This document shows positions 14,353 to 22,851 of a DNA stretch of 42,543 nt, in pieces. A program made the position numbers and the translations under genes. Position 1 is the first letter of the stretch, and each line of letters opens with the position of its first letter. Origin of the DNA: a virus; the IMG/VR virus record IMGVR_UViG_3300027674_000003, positions 1 through 42,543 of that record; one strand, given 5' to 3'. A model generated the notes under the pieces. It was given only the letters and a program-made list of their open reading frames with translations. It did no database searches and was not told where the DNA came from.

Positions 14353-17300
14353 TTAGTCTTCGCCGGGCTCGCGCGCCGGTTTCTTGGCATCCTCGAGTAA
14401 TTCTTTGGCGAGGCGTTCCTTGACGTAGGTTCCCGCCGGGCCGTGCTTGGCAAGCTGCTGCATCCGTCCTTCGCGCAAGAGTTGCGGCATGTGGGGCAGG
14501 TGTTCGAATTGCGCATCGACCGCTTGCCTCTGCTCGTCGGTCAGCGAGTTGTACGTTTTTAGCTGTTCGGCCTTGGATGTCGGTTTGAGTGTTGGGGCGT
14601 TTTGCTTAGCTGGGGTTTCCTTGGCCATCTCTCTCGCGATGCGTTCGCGCGTTTGCTTAACCGAGCCTTCGGGTAGGGTGTACTCGCCGTTGACCGTCTT
14701 GATGTCGTCCACCGCTTGCTTGTATGCGTCGGCGGCGTTCATTCCGCCGGCGTGGAGTTTGTCTTCGTATTCCTCGACCGTGGGAAGCGTTCGCTTCATG
14801 GCCGGGGCGTTTGCTTTGCCGAATATCTCCCGCTGCGGGCTGGCCTCGGTACCGCGAAAGAGCGGGCTTTTCGTTTCCATCTCGCCGGCGGCTGCGGCAA
14901 TGTTTTCGGCCGGGCGATTGGATTGCCTCGTCATTTCCTCGGCTTGGTGCTTTCCGGCGGCCGCTTTGTTCTCTTCGACCGCTTGGGCCATCCCGGGCAG
15001 AACATCTTTATTTTCTGGGACGGGCTTTGTTGCAGCGCCGCCCGTCCCAGGCGTGGGACCATCTGCCTCTCCCGAACTTCCCGCACCTCCTTCCGAGCGC
15101 TGCGGCGATAGCTCATTCGCTCTGGCCTCCAGCTTGCGGTATCTCGCAATCATGGGCCTTTGCGTGTACGCGCTCTTTGTGCCGCTGATTTTTTTGTCCA
15201 GGTCGCGCATCTGGATTTTCAAGTCTTGCAGTTCTCTTACTGGATCTTGTGCGCCTGCTTTTGCCGTTCCCTTCTTTGTGAGGGTCGGTGCATTGGGTTT
15301 CTCTGGTGGCTTGCTTAGTGTTGGCGGCGGCTCTGGGGCTGGTGGTGCGCTGCCTGGCTCGCCCGGAACATTCTCGACCTTACCGAAAATTGGCTTTAGC
15401 GTCGATGCCGCTTTCGTTGCGTTGCCTTCGCGTTCCGCGGTCAGAACACGATTAGAGGTTGGCTGTATCTTAAGCGTCGGCGGTTCGGTCGTTCCTCGCG
15501 GTGCTGCTGCCGCTGGTGCGCGTTCGTGCGGCGTGAGGGTGGTGCTGCCTTTTTCCGGCAATAGCAGTCCCAGCCTTGTTGCTCGCGTGCCTTCGGCTAC
15601 TCGTGGCTGTGGCGCGTTGCGGATAGGACCGCTCGTGTCTGCCGGCGGCGGCGTGACGGTTGCGCCGGGACCGAGTTCGCCTGCAATCTTGACGCCTGGC
15701 GGCGGGGTTATCGCCGCGGAAGGCTCAAACGCCTTTGGTCCTTGGAAAGCCTGATCTATGAGCCATGCGGGAGTGCGGACGAGGCCCAGTCGCTTTCCTA
15801 CGGCCATCGTTGCGCCTGCCTTGGCTGCGCCTAGAACATTCCCGCTTACAAAGTCGCCTGCCGCCCTGAGTGCTGCCAGCCCTTCCCAAAGGTTTGCGCC
15901 CTTCTGCCGGGTTTCCACGGCGTACTGCTTGGCTGACGCGCGCTCGACATCTCTCAGTGCGCCATACCTGCGCTTGAGGTCTGCGGTTCCCTCGCCGGTT
16001 AGTTTCTCCACGCCGTCGTCCAGCATCTTGCGCAGCACCTTGACTTCCGCCTCGGTCGCGGCCGTCTCGGCGGTGATCGGAGAATCGGTCGGGGTTGACC
16101 GCTTGTAATAGCCGCGCAGATCATCGTTCGCGTCCTGAATGGCGTTCTCGATGTCGCGGAAACTTTTCAAGCCTCGATACGTGTCGGCCCTGGCTTGCAC
16201 TTTCTTGGCAATTTCTGGGTACTGCTCCGCTGTCCGCTTGGAGATTGATTTCTCCATCGCATCGGCTACCGCGTTTGTGTCGGCGCTGAGTTTTGCCACA
16301 CTGCCGGTACGCTGCTCGAGAGCGTTCCAGATGTATTGCTTTGCCGCCCTGACTCCATGCAAGAGATCCCCGTTGCTCTTGAATTCGGTTACCGGGTTGC
16401 CTTCGCGGTCGGTGACGAGGCCCGCTTTCTTCACGGCTTGCAAATCCGAACCGGCTATTGGCATCGACTCTTGGGCTCGGGGAATGTTTACTCCAGGCTG
16501 AATGGCTTGGGTGAGCGCTTTGACTGGCTCGGGCTTCACAATTCCGAGAGTCTTTAGGCCAAGATTCGATTCGACTGCTCGGCGAAGCGGCTTAACTACC
16601 GCTTTCACATCTCGCGCGCCTTCAGCAATTCCGCCAGCTCCGAGCGCTGCGCCTCCTGCCGCTTCCGCGCCGCCGGATAATGCCGCTGCCGCCGCTTCAG
16701 GATTTCCCTTGATTGCTTTTGGGGTATTTTTGACGGCGTTGTATCCGCCGTGCAGGGCGAGTCCCGCGCCGGTCAGCGTGGGTGCTATTGGTGCCGCGGC
16801 TGCAATCGCCAGGCTCGACGGCGTAAGCATTCCCGCTCCCATGCGCAGCGTGTCGGCGCCCATGCGTTCCGTTGTCGGTACAGCGTCTCCGGTCGGCACA
16901 GTGTCCGGCACTCTTTGATTTCGGGAATGGAGAATTGGGGCTGGTTGCACTCCACGTGCGGTATTTATTAGTTGCTGCTGGCGTCTTGTCGCCGCATCGG
17001 TTTCCAGTGCTCTTGCTCCCGCCACAAGTGGGATGCCAAGCGGGCCGCCTGCTTCCTTATAGAGTGCTCGACGTTCTGGCAATCTTGCCGCGCCGCCGCC
17101 GCCCGCTAGGCGCTCTCCCGTATTCGTACTTTCAGCTCCCGGGGCCATGATTGGATTTGGTGGCACATCTGTTTTCAGTGGGGCAATTGCCCGCACATTC
17201 GCCATGTTGCGCGCGATGGTCTGGTCGTCCAGGTGGCCGTATTCGGGAAAACTGCTGCGGAAGTTTTGCGGCTGCGATAGGAACTCGCCTATCTTGTCCT

Positions 17301-17391
17301 CGGATTCGCTCGCGAGGCCAGGGTACTTCGTCCTGGCTTCCGCTATCGGATTCCACGCCTGTCCCGTTAGCGCTTGCGGTGTGGTGGTCAT
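14353..17391 (-). CDS. Large virion-associated protein (1012 aa), internal-core/ejection-protein-like by position
   Basis: Last and largest of three consecutive genes of increasing size (328, 538, 1012 aa) after the tail-tube-like genes, as in the T7 gp14/15/16 order. Ala/Gly/Pro-rich linkers; no enzymatic motif seen. Confidence 0.45.
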   Translation of the reverse strand: MTTTPQALTGQAWNPIAEARTKYPGLASESEDKIGEFLSQPQNFRSSFPEYGHLDDQTIARNMANVRAIAPLKTDVPPNPIMAPGAESTNTGERLAGGGGAARLPERRALYKEAGGPLGIPLVAGARALETDAATRRQQQLINTARGVQPAPILHSRNQRVPDTVPTGDAVPTTERMGADTLRMGAGMLTPSSLAIAAAAPIAPTLTGAGLALHGGYNAVKNTPKAIKGNPEAAAAALSGGAEAAGGAALGAGGIAEGARDVKAVVKPLRRAVESNLGLKTLGIVKPEPVKALTQAIQPGVNIPRAQESMPIAGSDLQAVKKAGLVTDREGNPVTEFKSNGDLLHGVRAAKQYIWNALEQRTGSVAKLSADTNAVADAMEKSISKRTAEQYPEIAKKVQARADTYRGLKSFRDIENAIQDANDDLRGYYKRSTPTDSPITAETAATEAEVKVLRKMLDDGVEKLTGEGTADLKRRYGALRDVERASAKQYAVETRQKGANLWEGLAALRAAGDFVSGNVLGAAKAGATMAVGKRLGLVRTPAWLIDQAFQGPKAFEPSAAITPPPGVKIAGELGPGATVTPPPADTSGPIRNAPQPRVAEGTRATRLGLLLPEKGSTTLTPHERAPAAAAPRGTTEPPTLKIQPTSNRVLTAEREGNATKAASTLKPIFGKVENVPGEPGSAPPAPEPPPTLSKPPEKPNAPTLTKKGTAKAGAQDPVRELQDLKIQMRDLDKKISGTKSAYTQRPMIARYRKLEARANELSPQRSEGGAGSSGEADGPTPGTGGAATKPVPENKDVLPGMAQAVEENKAAAGKHQAEEMTRQSNRPAENIAAAAGEMETKSPLFRGTEASPQREIFGKANAPAMKRTLPTVEEYEDKLHAGGMNAADAYKQAVDDIKTVNGEYTLPEGSVKQTRERIAREMAKETPAKQNAPTLKPTSKAEQLKTYNSLTDEQRQAVDAQFEHLPHMPQLLREGRMQQLAKHGPAGTYVKERLAKELLEDAKKPAREPGED

Positions 17392-17483
17392 TGGGTGTAT
17401 CTTCCCGCGCGTGGAGCTTTACGAAATTCAATACCGCTTTCGAGAGTCTTCGCGGCGCGCGGCGCGCGAACTGATTTCTGCAT
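17388..17483 (-). CDS. Possible 31-aa basic ORF, weak
   Basis: Manual translation gives MQKSVRAPRAAKTLESGIEFRKAPRAGRYTQ. The stop overlaps the ATG of the 1012-aa gene (ATGA 17388..17391). No clear RBS. Confidence 0.25.
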   Translation of the reverse strand: MQKSVRAPRAAKTLESGIEFRKAPRAGRYTQ

Positions 17484-17510
17484 GGGTCGCGGTTTTCTTT
17501 GTCTCCTGCC

Positions 17511-17633
17511 TTACACTCTATTCATTGCCCGGCGCCGTTCCCTACGATTGGATTGTTGCCCTTGTCGTCGCGTTCGTTGCTTTTCTTCCGGTTTTCCTTT
17601 TGTATCGGCTGCTGCGATTCGTTCTACTGCCAT
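17511..17633 (-). CDS. Possible 40-aa highly basic ORF, weak
   Basis: MAVERIAAADTKGKPEEKQRTRRQGQQSNRRERRRAMNRV. The ATG overlaps the end of the 538-aa gene. Confidence 0.25.
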   Translation of the reverse strand: MAVERIAAADTKGKPEEKQRTRRQGQQSNRRERRRAMNRV

Positions 17634-19240
17634 CCCGGCGGTAAGGCTCCCGCTGCTGGCGCTGCATGTGGTGGTGGTGCGCCCTCTCCAAATCCCTGCT
17701 CCTGCTTTTGCGCCGTCTTCGCCCATTCCTCAATCGATTGCAGCGCTCCCATCAGTGCTGGAACGGAATCCTTGCCCAGTTCCGCTGTTTGGCCAAATTC
17801 CTCAATCGCTTTGACGCTGTTGATGTGGAACTTCGCGGAAGCGCTGCGCAGAAAGGTCAAATCGGTACGCAGTTTGTTGAGTGCCAGGTCCTTGTCGGGA
17901 TCGCCGGTGCTGCCCACTTTGCCGAGTAGAAAGCCGACATTGACGCGGCCCTCGACCGGACCGAGGTAGCCTTTCAAATCCTCGATTTCTTTTTTGATTC
18001 CCGGCAATTCCGTGACTACGCGCGCGGCCGTCTGCGCCTGGCTGCGCGTTTGTCCCGTTGGCGCGCCGGGCATCTGCGCGCCTATCGGCTGGCCTGTTTC
18101 CGGGCTGAGGGGTTGGCCTTGCGGCACGGGCGCCGCCGTGATTTGCTTCATCAAATCGGGCGGCATATTCATCCCCATGCTCTCAAAAATCTGCGGCATC
18201 ATGGCCAGCAATCGGGGGTCTTTCTCTTGCGCATAGTTCAGCAGGCGAACCATCGCATATGTCCCCAGCCCTGTTTTCTGTTTCTCTGCTTCGTGCTGAA
18301 CTTGCTCGGGCGTCCAATCGGGATGTTCTTTCGCCAGTTGCGCCTCGATGTTGTAGCCTGTCGATTTTGCTTGCGCGGTTTTCTTGTCTTGCGCTACTTG
18401 GGCATCTTGGACAGCCGTTCCCCAATCGGCTTGAGCCTTTGCCGTCGACCCCCGATCCGTTGGAGTTTCCCCCGGCGGTCCCCACAACGGCGTGACTGGT
18501 TTCGGCCCAACAATTTGAAGTATCGGGCCGAGTTTTTCCATCTCCGCGGCGTCGGCGGCCTTGAATTGCTCCGGGTAGAGCGGTGCCATTTGCTGGAGAA
18601 TCACTTTCGCCTGGTTCGTGTCGCCTTTTTGAACCGCGTCCCGATAATCGCTTTCGAAGCGCTCGCGAATCGTTTTCGGCTCGGGGTCGGTCCCCATGAG
18701 TTCGGTGCGCTTTTGAACTTCCGCCGTCTGCGCCTGCTTCCCCGCCAGGTCCGCGGCCGTCATCTCTTCTTTCTCGCGTGTCTGGTGCAGGGTGGTCGGA
18801 TACTGCGCGACTTCCTGCCTCTGCTTGTCGAGGTCCGAGCCCCACTGCTGGACGGCCCTTGCCCCTTCGCCCGGCCTGCCGAATTCCATTGCGCCGTAGG
18901 CGAGTGAACGCGCCAGGGTAGACTTCCAGCCTGGTTCCTGAAAACTTGGCTTTGCCGGCACGGCGTTAGGGTTTTCCTTCGCCCAATCCTCATCGGTTTG
19001 GAATGGTTTCGGCTGAACCGTTGCCGCCGACGCGTTGGTCATTGCCGGACCTTGCGGCGTGGTTGGTGTAAGCGTCGGCGGCGCTGGCTTTGACGGATCG
19101 TTTCCCGCGTTCGCGGCTGCGCCCGTGCCGGGAACCGTGCCGCCCTGCGGAGACTGCCCGGGCTGCGGCGTCTTGCCCTGGGCAAGTAGCAGCGCGAGCT
19201 TTTGGCGGATCAGTTCTTCGGGTGTGGGTTGGTCGGCCAT
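17624..19240 (-). CDS. Large virion-associated protein (538 aa), internal-core-like by position
   Basis: Pro/Gln/Gly-rich N-terminus followed by helical regions. Sits between the Hint-domain protein and the 1012-aa protein. Confidence 0.45.
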   Translation of the reverse strand: MADQPTPEELIRQKLALLLAQGKTPQPGQSPQGGTVPGTGAAANAGNDPSKPAPPTLTPTTPQGPAMTNASAATVQPKPFQTDEDWAKENPNAVPAKPSFQEPGWKSTLARSLAYGAMEFGRPGEGARAVQQWGSDLDKQRQEVAQYPTTLHQTREKEEMTAADLAGKQAQTAEVQKRTELMGTDPEPKTIRERFESDYRDAVQKGDTNQAKVILQQMAPLYPEQFKAADAAEMEKLGPILQIVGPKPVTPLWGPPGETPTDRGSTAKAQADWGTAVQDAQVAQDKKTAQAKSTGYNIEAQLAKEHPDWTPEQVQHEAEKQKTGLGTYAMVRLLNYAQEKDPRLLAMMPQIFESMGMNMPPDLMKQITAAPVPQGQPLSPETGQPIGAQMPGAPTGQTRSQAQTAARVVTELPGIKKEIEDLKGYLGPVEGRVNVGFLLGKVGSTGDPDKDLALNKLRTDLTFLRSASAKFHINSVKAIEEFGQTAELGKDSVPALMGALQSIEEWAKTAQKQEQGFGEGAPPPHAAPAAGALPPGWQ

Positions 19241-19241
19241 C

Positions 19242-20228
19242 TTATTCTAATGACCAAAATTCGGAACTTAGATAATCGTGGCTGCCGTCCGTGAGAACCT
19301 GATAGACCGTCTGCTTTCCGAGGTCGGTCATGGTCCTCACAATCGACGGGCCTTTATAGGTTCGGACGTACTGCAAGAGGGCATCTTCCATGCGGGCGTA
19401 TCCCCCGAGCGGCAGGACGATTGTGTGTTTGCGTGAGGCGCAGAGAGTGCAGCCGTTCATCGCTTCGATTTTCACGCATTGGACCGCCTCATATATTCTG
19501 AGCGCCGTCACGCGGTTTTCCTTGCCGTTTTGCGAGGCGAGAGGCATTCCCGGCAATACGTTCTGAACGGCGATCAGGCTTCCATCGGCCAGCATGAGCA
19601 TGGTGCCTTCGCAGAGACAGGTCATCGCGCCGCTTGCCGCCGTGCCGCCCGCGCTAAGCGCGCTGTCGAGGATGCCGATGTTTTGACCGCGTGTGTCCGT
19701 CGCGGCCTTTTGTCCGGTTCCGTAAAGATTCGTGTATGCGCCCGTTCCCTGTCCCGTCTGCGTGTTGGCCGTGCCGGATGCGGTATTGGTGGCTTTCCAG
19801 AAATTGTTGAGGGCGTCCTGATAGCTGTTGCCGGCGAATTGCGAGAACAGTTGGCCGTTGTTCTGCGCGTTCGACATATCGGCCTGACTCTTCAGGAATC
19901 CGGTATAGCCTGACGGTGCGCCTGTGCCGAAACCTCGCTGGCCGGCCTCCCGATCAATTGCCTGTTTCGCTTGGTCTGTGTTTGTCGCGCCTTGCGCTTT
20001 GGCTTGGTTGTACTGGAGGGCGTAGGGGCCGGTGGGCTGGGTGACGTCCAGGCTCGCCGGGTTCATCATTCCCGAAAGCGTGCCGCCCGACATTCCCCCG
20101 CCGCCGGGCTTGGGCGTTCCGAAAAGTGTGGCGTTTAATCCTTCGCCGGTTGCGGTGGAACTGCCTGCCGCGTTTGAACCGGCTCCGAATGCTTGATCCG
20201 CTTGTTTCTGTTGGTGGCCGCCGCCCAT
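19242..20228 (-). CDS. Gly/Gln/Asn/Thr-rich protein with a C-terminal Hint (Hedgehog/intein-like) domain (328 aa)
   Basis: About 200 aa of low-complexity sequence, then CLCEGTMLMLADGSLIAVQNVLPGMPL (Hint block A pattern C-x-x-x-G-T-x-V...DG). SRKH resembles block B (TxxH). The protein ends ...GSHDYLSSEFWSLE, with no terminal HN and no extein. Confidence 0.6.
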   Translation of the reverse strand: MGGGHQQKQADQAFGAGSNAAGSSTATGEGLNATLFGTPKPGGGGMSGGTLSGMMNPASLDVTQPTGPYALQYNQAKAQGATNTDQAKQAIDREAGQRGFGTGAPSGYTGFLKSQADMSNAQNNGQLFSQFAGNSYQDALNNFWKATNTASGTANTQTGQGTGAYTNLYGTGQKAATDTRGQNIGILDSALSAGGTAASGAMTCLCEGTMLMLADGSLIAVQNVLPGMPLASQNGKENRVTALRIYEAVQCVKIEAMNGCTLCASRKHTIVLPLGGYARMEDALLQYVRTYKGPSIVRTMTDLGKQTVYQVLTDGSHDYLSSEFWSLE

Positions 20229-20238
20229 GCGTGTCAGT

Positions 20239-20721
20239 CTATGACGCTTGACTCAATTCTGGAGAATTGATTTTAGGGCTTGTGGCTAACGGGTCACGCA
20301 TCTGCACGTCTTTCCACATGAGACGCGCTCGACTGTAGACGGCCGGCTTCATTCCGTATTCGAGGGCGACTTTCTCCATGCGCTTGTTGGAAATTGCTCC
20401 GAAGTAGCGATTTAGCCCGGTCGTGTTTTTCGTTGAATCGCCGAGCCATGCTTCCATCGCGCGGATTAGTTTGTAGACTGCCCTGCGTTTTGTGATCGGG
20501 CTCGCGTCCCGGTCGAATTCCGGCGTGAGCCAAAGAGGCTCGATTTGCCAGATCAGCCGCGCGCCGATGCAGCCTGAAAGAATCTCGTTGTGCTTGATGA
20601 CGTACAGAATTCGCCTGTCCAGGTCGTGGCTCTCGTTGTTCGTTTGGGCGAGACGATTGCATAGGTACTTCAGGTCCTCGGCCGTGGGGACGGAGATTGT
20701 TCCGTTGAAAGGTTCGGTCAC
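20239..20721 (-). CDS. Hypothetical protein (160 aa), last gene of the modification island
   Basis: GTG start overlaps the C5-MTase stop (GTGA 20718..20721). No motif recognised with confidence. Confidence 0.55.
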   Translation of the reverse strand: MTEPFNGTISVPTAEDLKYLCNRLAQTNNESHDLDRRILYVIKHNEILSGCIGARLIWQIEPLWLTPEFDRDASPITKRRAVYKLIRAMEAWLGDSTKNTTGLNRYFGAISNKRMEKVALEYGMKPAVYSRARLMWKDVQMRDPLATSPKINSPELSQAS

Positions 20722-21593
20722 GCGCTCACCGCTTTAATTTGCGGCTTGAAACACCGGGCGATGTGCTGCGCCAGTGGAAAGGGTATCTTGGCGATTTCGG
20801 CGGAGGCGGCTTTGCGGGAATCGGATTTGGAAGTGCGATCTGGAACCATGCGGTTGTTTGACTTGAGCGTCCCGTTTGGACGCCATCCCGAGGCATCATT
20901 TTTCTCGGCTCTAAATCTCTGCGCGTTCCGCACGTTGAATCCGACTTCGCTTAGCTTCGTACCTGGAGATTTCAAGCCGCGCACAGACGCAGACTGGAAC
21001 GACCCTTGACCATTAAAACGAAAGCCGGGAACCTTGCGCCCATCTGGATTGCCGCCTACGGTCTTCTGATTCGGAGCCCCGATTGCAAACCATGAGCCGC
21101 CGCCAACGTCGATATTTTTAGAAGCTTTAAATGTTGGCGGCATCAACGCCGGAACATCTCCCCACAGGTAATAGCTTCCGAAATGCCATAGTGCAGAGCC
21201 GACCCAGCGTTCCGCCCCGCGCACATTCTCCACAATCATTGGAATGTAATGCCCTGCCGCTTCACTTGCCTCACGCTGGATGCGGAAGCAGGCGTTGAAC
21301 AGTTCGATGAAGTTGTGCGGCGGTCCTATCGCGTTGAGTGCCTTCGCCCGACTCCATGGCATCGCGCGATAGCTTGGCTCCTGGCATGGCGGAGATGCCA
21401 CGATGCACGTTGCATCTGCAAGCTGCGAGCCGTGAATGCTGCGCACGTCGCAGAGAATCAGTTCGCCGGGATACGTCCCTGTGCCGTAATCGTGCTTTTC
21501 GATGTCGTAGCCGATGCAGTGAAATCCTTCGGAGAGGAAGCCTTCCGCCCAGCCGCCGAGGCCGCAGTACAGGTCATAGCAGATTGGTTTCAT
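20718..21593 (-). CDS. dcm: DNA (cytosine-5)-methyltransferase (291 aa from MKPICYD)
   Basis: Motif I DLYCGLGGW, motif IV SPPCQ, motif VI ENV. The ATG at 21593 forms ATGA with the upstream stop. The 144-aa N-terminal extension in the track is Arg/Pro-rich and overlaps the upstream gene. Confidence 0.85.
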   Translation of the reverse strand: MKPICYDLYCGLGGWAEGFLSEGFHCIGYDIEKHDYGTGTYPGELILCDVRSIHGSQLADATCIVASPPCQEPSYRAMPWSRAKALNAIGPPHNFIELFNACFRIQREASEAAGHYIPMIVENVRGAERWVGSALWHFGSYYLWGDVPALMPPTFKASKNIDVGGGSWFAIGAPNQKTVGGNPDGRKVPGFRFNGQGSFQSASVRGLKSPGTKLSEVGFNVRNAQRFRAEKNDASGWRPNGTLKSNNRMVPDRTSKSDSRKAASAEIAKIPFPLAQHIARCFKPQIKAVSA

Positions 21594-21994
21594 GGGCTCA
21601 CAATCGACTGCGGCCCATGCAGAATCGCCGCGTTGTTCGGATTGAGCGCCGTGATGCGCAGCCAGTAGAAAACTTTCTTGCCGGCAATCTTCGCGCTGAT
21701 GTCGGCGTAGTTCACGAGATTGGCTTCCGACACCGCCGCACTGAATTCCGTCAGTTGCGTGGCGTTGCCGAAGTCGCGCGTCAGGTTGCGATAGACTTGC
21801 ACCGAGCTTACGCCTGGCACGCTCGCGATGCGGAAGGCGATTTGGACGTGGCCTGCGGCTGGGCCTGGGGTGACGCGGAATATCTGGGTGGGGTCGCTGA
21901 AACCTGGGCCTGGGGTGACTAGCTTTTGGACTTTGCTCGTGAGGTCTTGAAGGACCGCGCTTTGCTGCTGCTGGCCTATGCGGACGCCGGTCAC
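21590..21994 (-). CDS. FN3/Ig-like beta-sandwich protein (134 aa)
   Basis: Tandem 15-aa units VTPGPGFSDPTQIFR / VTPGPAAGHVQIAFR. SSVQVYRN...KVFYWLRITALN resembles an FN3-type strand pattern. GTGA overlap at 21991..21994. Confidence 0.5.
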   Translation of the reverse strand: MTGVRIGQQQQSAVLQDLTSKVQKLVTPGPGFSDPTQIFRVTPGPAAGHVQIAFRIASVPGVSSVQVYRNLTRDFGNATQLTEFSAAVSEANLVNYADISAKIAGKKVFYWLRITALNPNNAAILHGPQSIVSP

Positions 21995-22851
21995 AAAAGC
22001 TGCCTCTGCGACATTGAAGATTCACAATTCTTTACGTTCTTCGTTCGCTTCTCGGAAAGATCGTGGGCCATCTCTTGCTCTGCCATCGCGCAGAAAAACG
22101 AGCATGATATTTCTGGCTCGTCATGTCGGCCTTTGTTTGGCGGTAGATTTCTCAGCGAGTAGCGTTCACCTGTCTCGCGGTCCCTAAATAAGAATGCTCC
22201 TGGGCCAATGGATTCCTGCACGTCTGCAAGAGCTACAAAATTCTCAGGAAAATCAATGCGCTGCCTATTGAAGTAGCCTTCGCCGCCCTTCACACAGCAT
22301 TTGCAGTTGTTATTGTTGTAGCCGAGTAGGTACATCGCTGGAAGGGCAATTCCCGCCCTTTCAATCATCGCCAAGGTATCAGCCTTTTTCAGTCCTCTTT
22401 CGATTAGCGGGAAAAGCATTTTGCGCCCATTGTTTGTGTCCATGAGTTCACTGGCGCGGTCTTCCTCCTCGGCGGTAAATCCGATCACCCAAATATCATC
22501 GGGCAAACCAGCAGCTTCGAGCACATCGCCTTTGAGAGCTTTGCGGCACGGTGCTCCCATTTGCCCTTTCAGATAGCGCTTGCGCTTGAACACCTCGATC
22601 ACAGATGCCCCATACTTTGTGTCGCGCAGAACTGTAATGGGATGACCGAACCATGTTTCGCAATCGGCACTAAAGCGGTCGTTGTCCTCATGCTCTTCTT
22701 TGATCCACGCCCGCAGGATGTGAACGCGCTCGGCGGAATATTCTCCAAGAATCAGTTTGGTTGCCACAGCAGATGCGGCTCCGCAAGAGAAACGGGAAAC
22801 GATCCTCGGCAAGTGCCGCGCATCGCCTTTGATGAATCGGATGTCGGTCAT
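21991..22851 (-). CDS. PAPS-reductase-fold (CysH/DndC-like) PP-loop enzyme (286 aa)
   Basis: N-terminal SRFSCGAASAVATKL resembles the CysH-type nucleotide-binding loop. C-terminal Cys clusters NNCKCCVKGG and ISCSFFC. ATGA overlap with the Dam stop. Confidence 0.55.
   Translation of the reverse strand: MTDIRFIKGDARHLPRIVSRFSCGAASAVATKLILGEYSAERVHILRAWIKEEHEDNDRFSADCETWFGHPITVLRDTKYGASVIEVFKRKRYLKGQMGAPCRKALKGDVLEAAGLPDDIWVIGFTAEEEDRASELMDTNNGRKMLFPLIERGLKKADTLAMIERAGIALPAMYLLGYNNNNCKCCVKGGEGYFNRQRIDFPENFVALADVQESIGPGAFLFRDRETGERYSLRNLPPNKGRHDEPEISCSFFCAMAEQEMAHDLSEKRTKNVKNCESSMSQRQLL

Noticed and set aside
14447-15754. Long plus-strand ORFs (for example 14447..15754 at 435 aa, 29697..30584 at 295 aa, 18050..18907 at 285 aa, 34135..34920 at 261 aa and 3486..4244 at 252 aa)
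   Set aside because: They lie antisense to well-supported minus-strand genes. Their Arg/Ser/Cys/Pro-rich composition is typical of shadow frames in GC-rich DNA. They have no RBS or start-stop coupling and no recognisable motifs.
20239-20721. A GNAT acetyltransferase call for the 160-aa protein
   Set aside because: The size and position were suggestive, but the Q/RxxGxG/A acetyl-CoA motif is absent (ITKRRAVYKLIRAME has no glycines). It is left as hypothetical.
21594-22025. The 144-aa N-terminal extension of the C5-methyltransferase ORF (track 20718..22025)
   Set aside because: The extension is Arg/Pro/His-rich and entirely overlaps the coherent 134-aa gene 21590..21994. The MTase motif I starts right after the ATG at 21593, which forms an ATGA junction.
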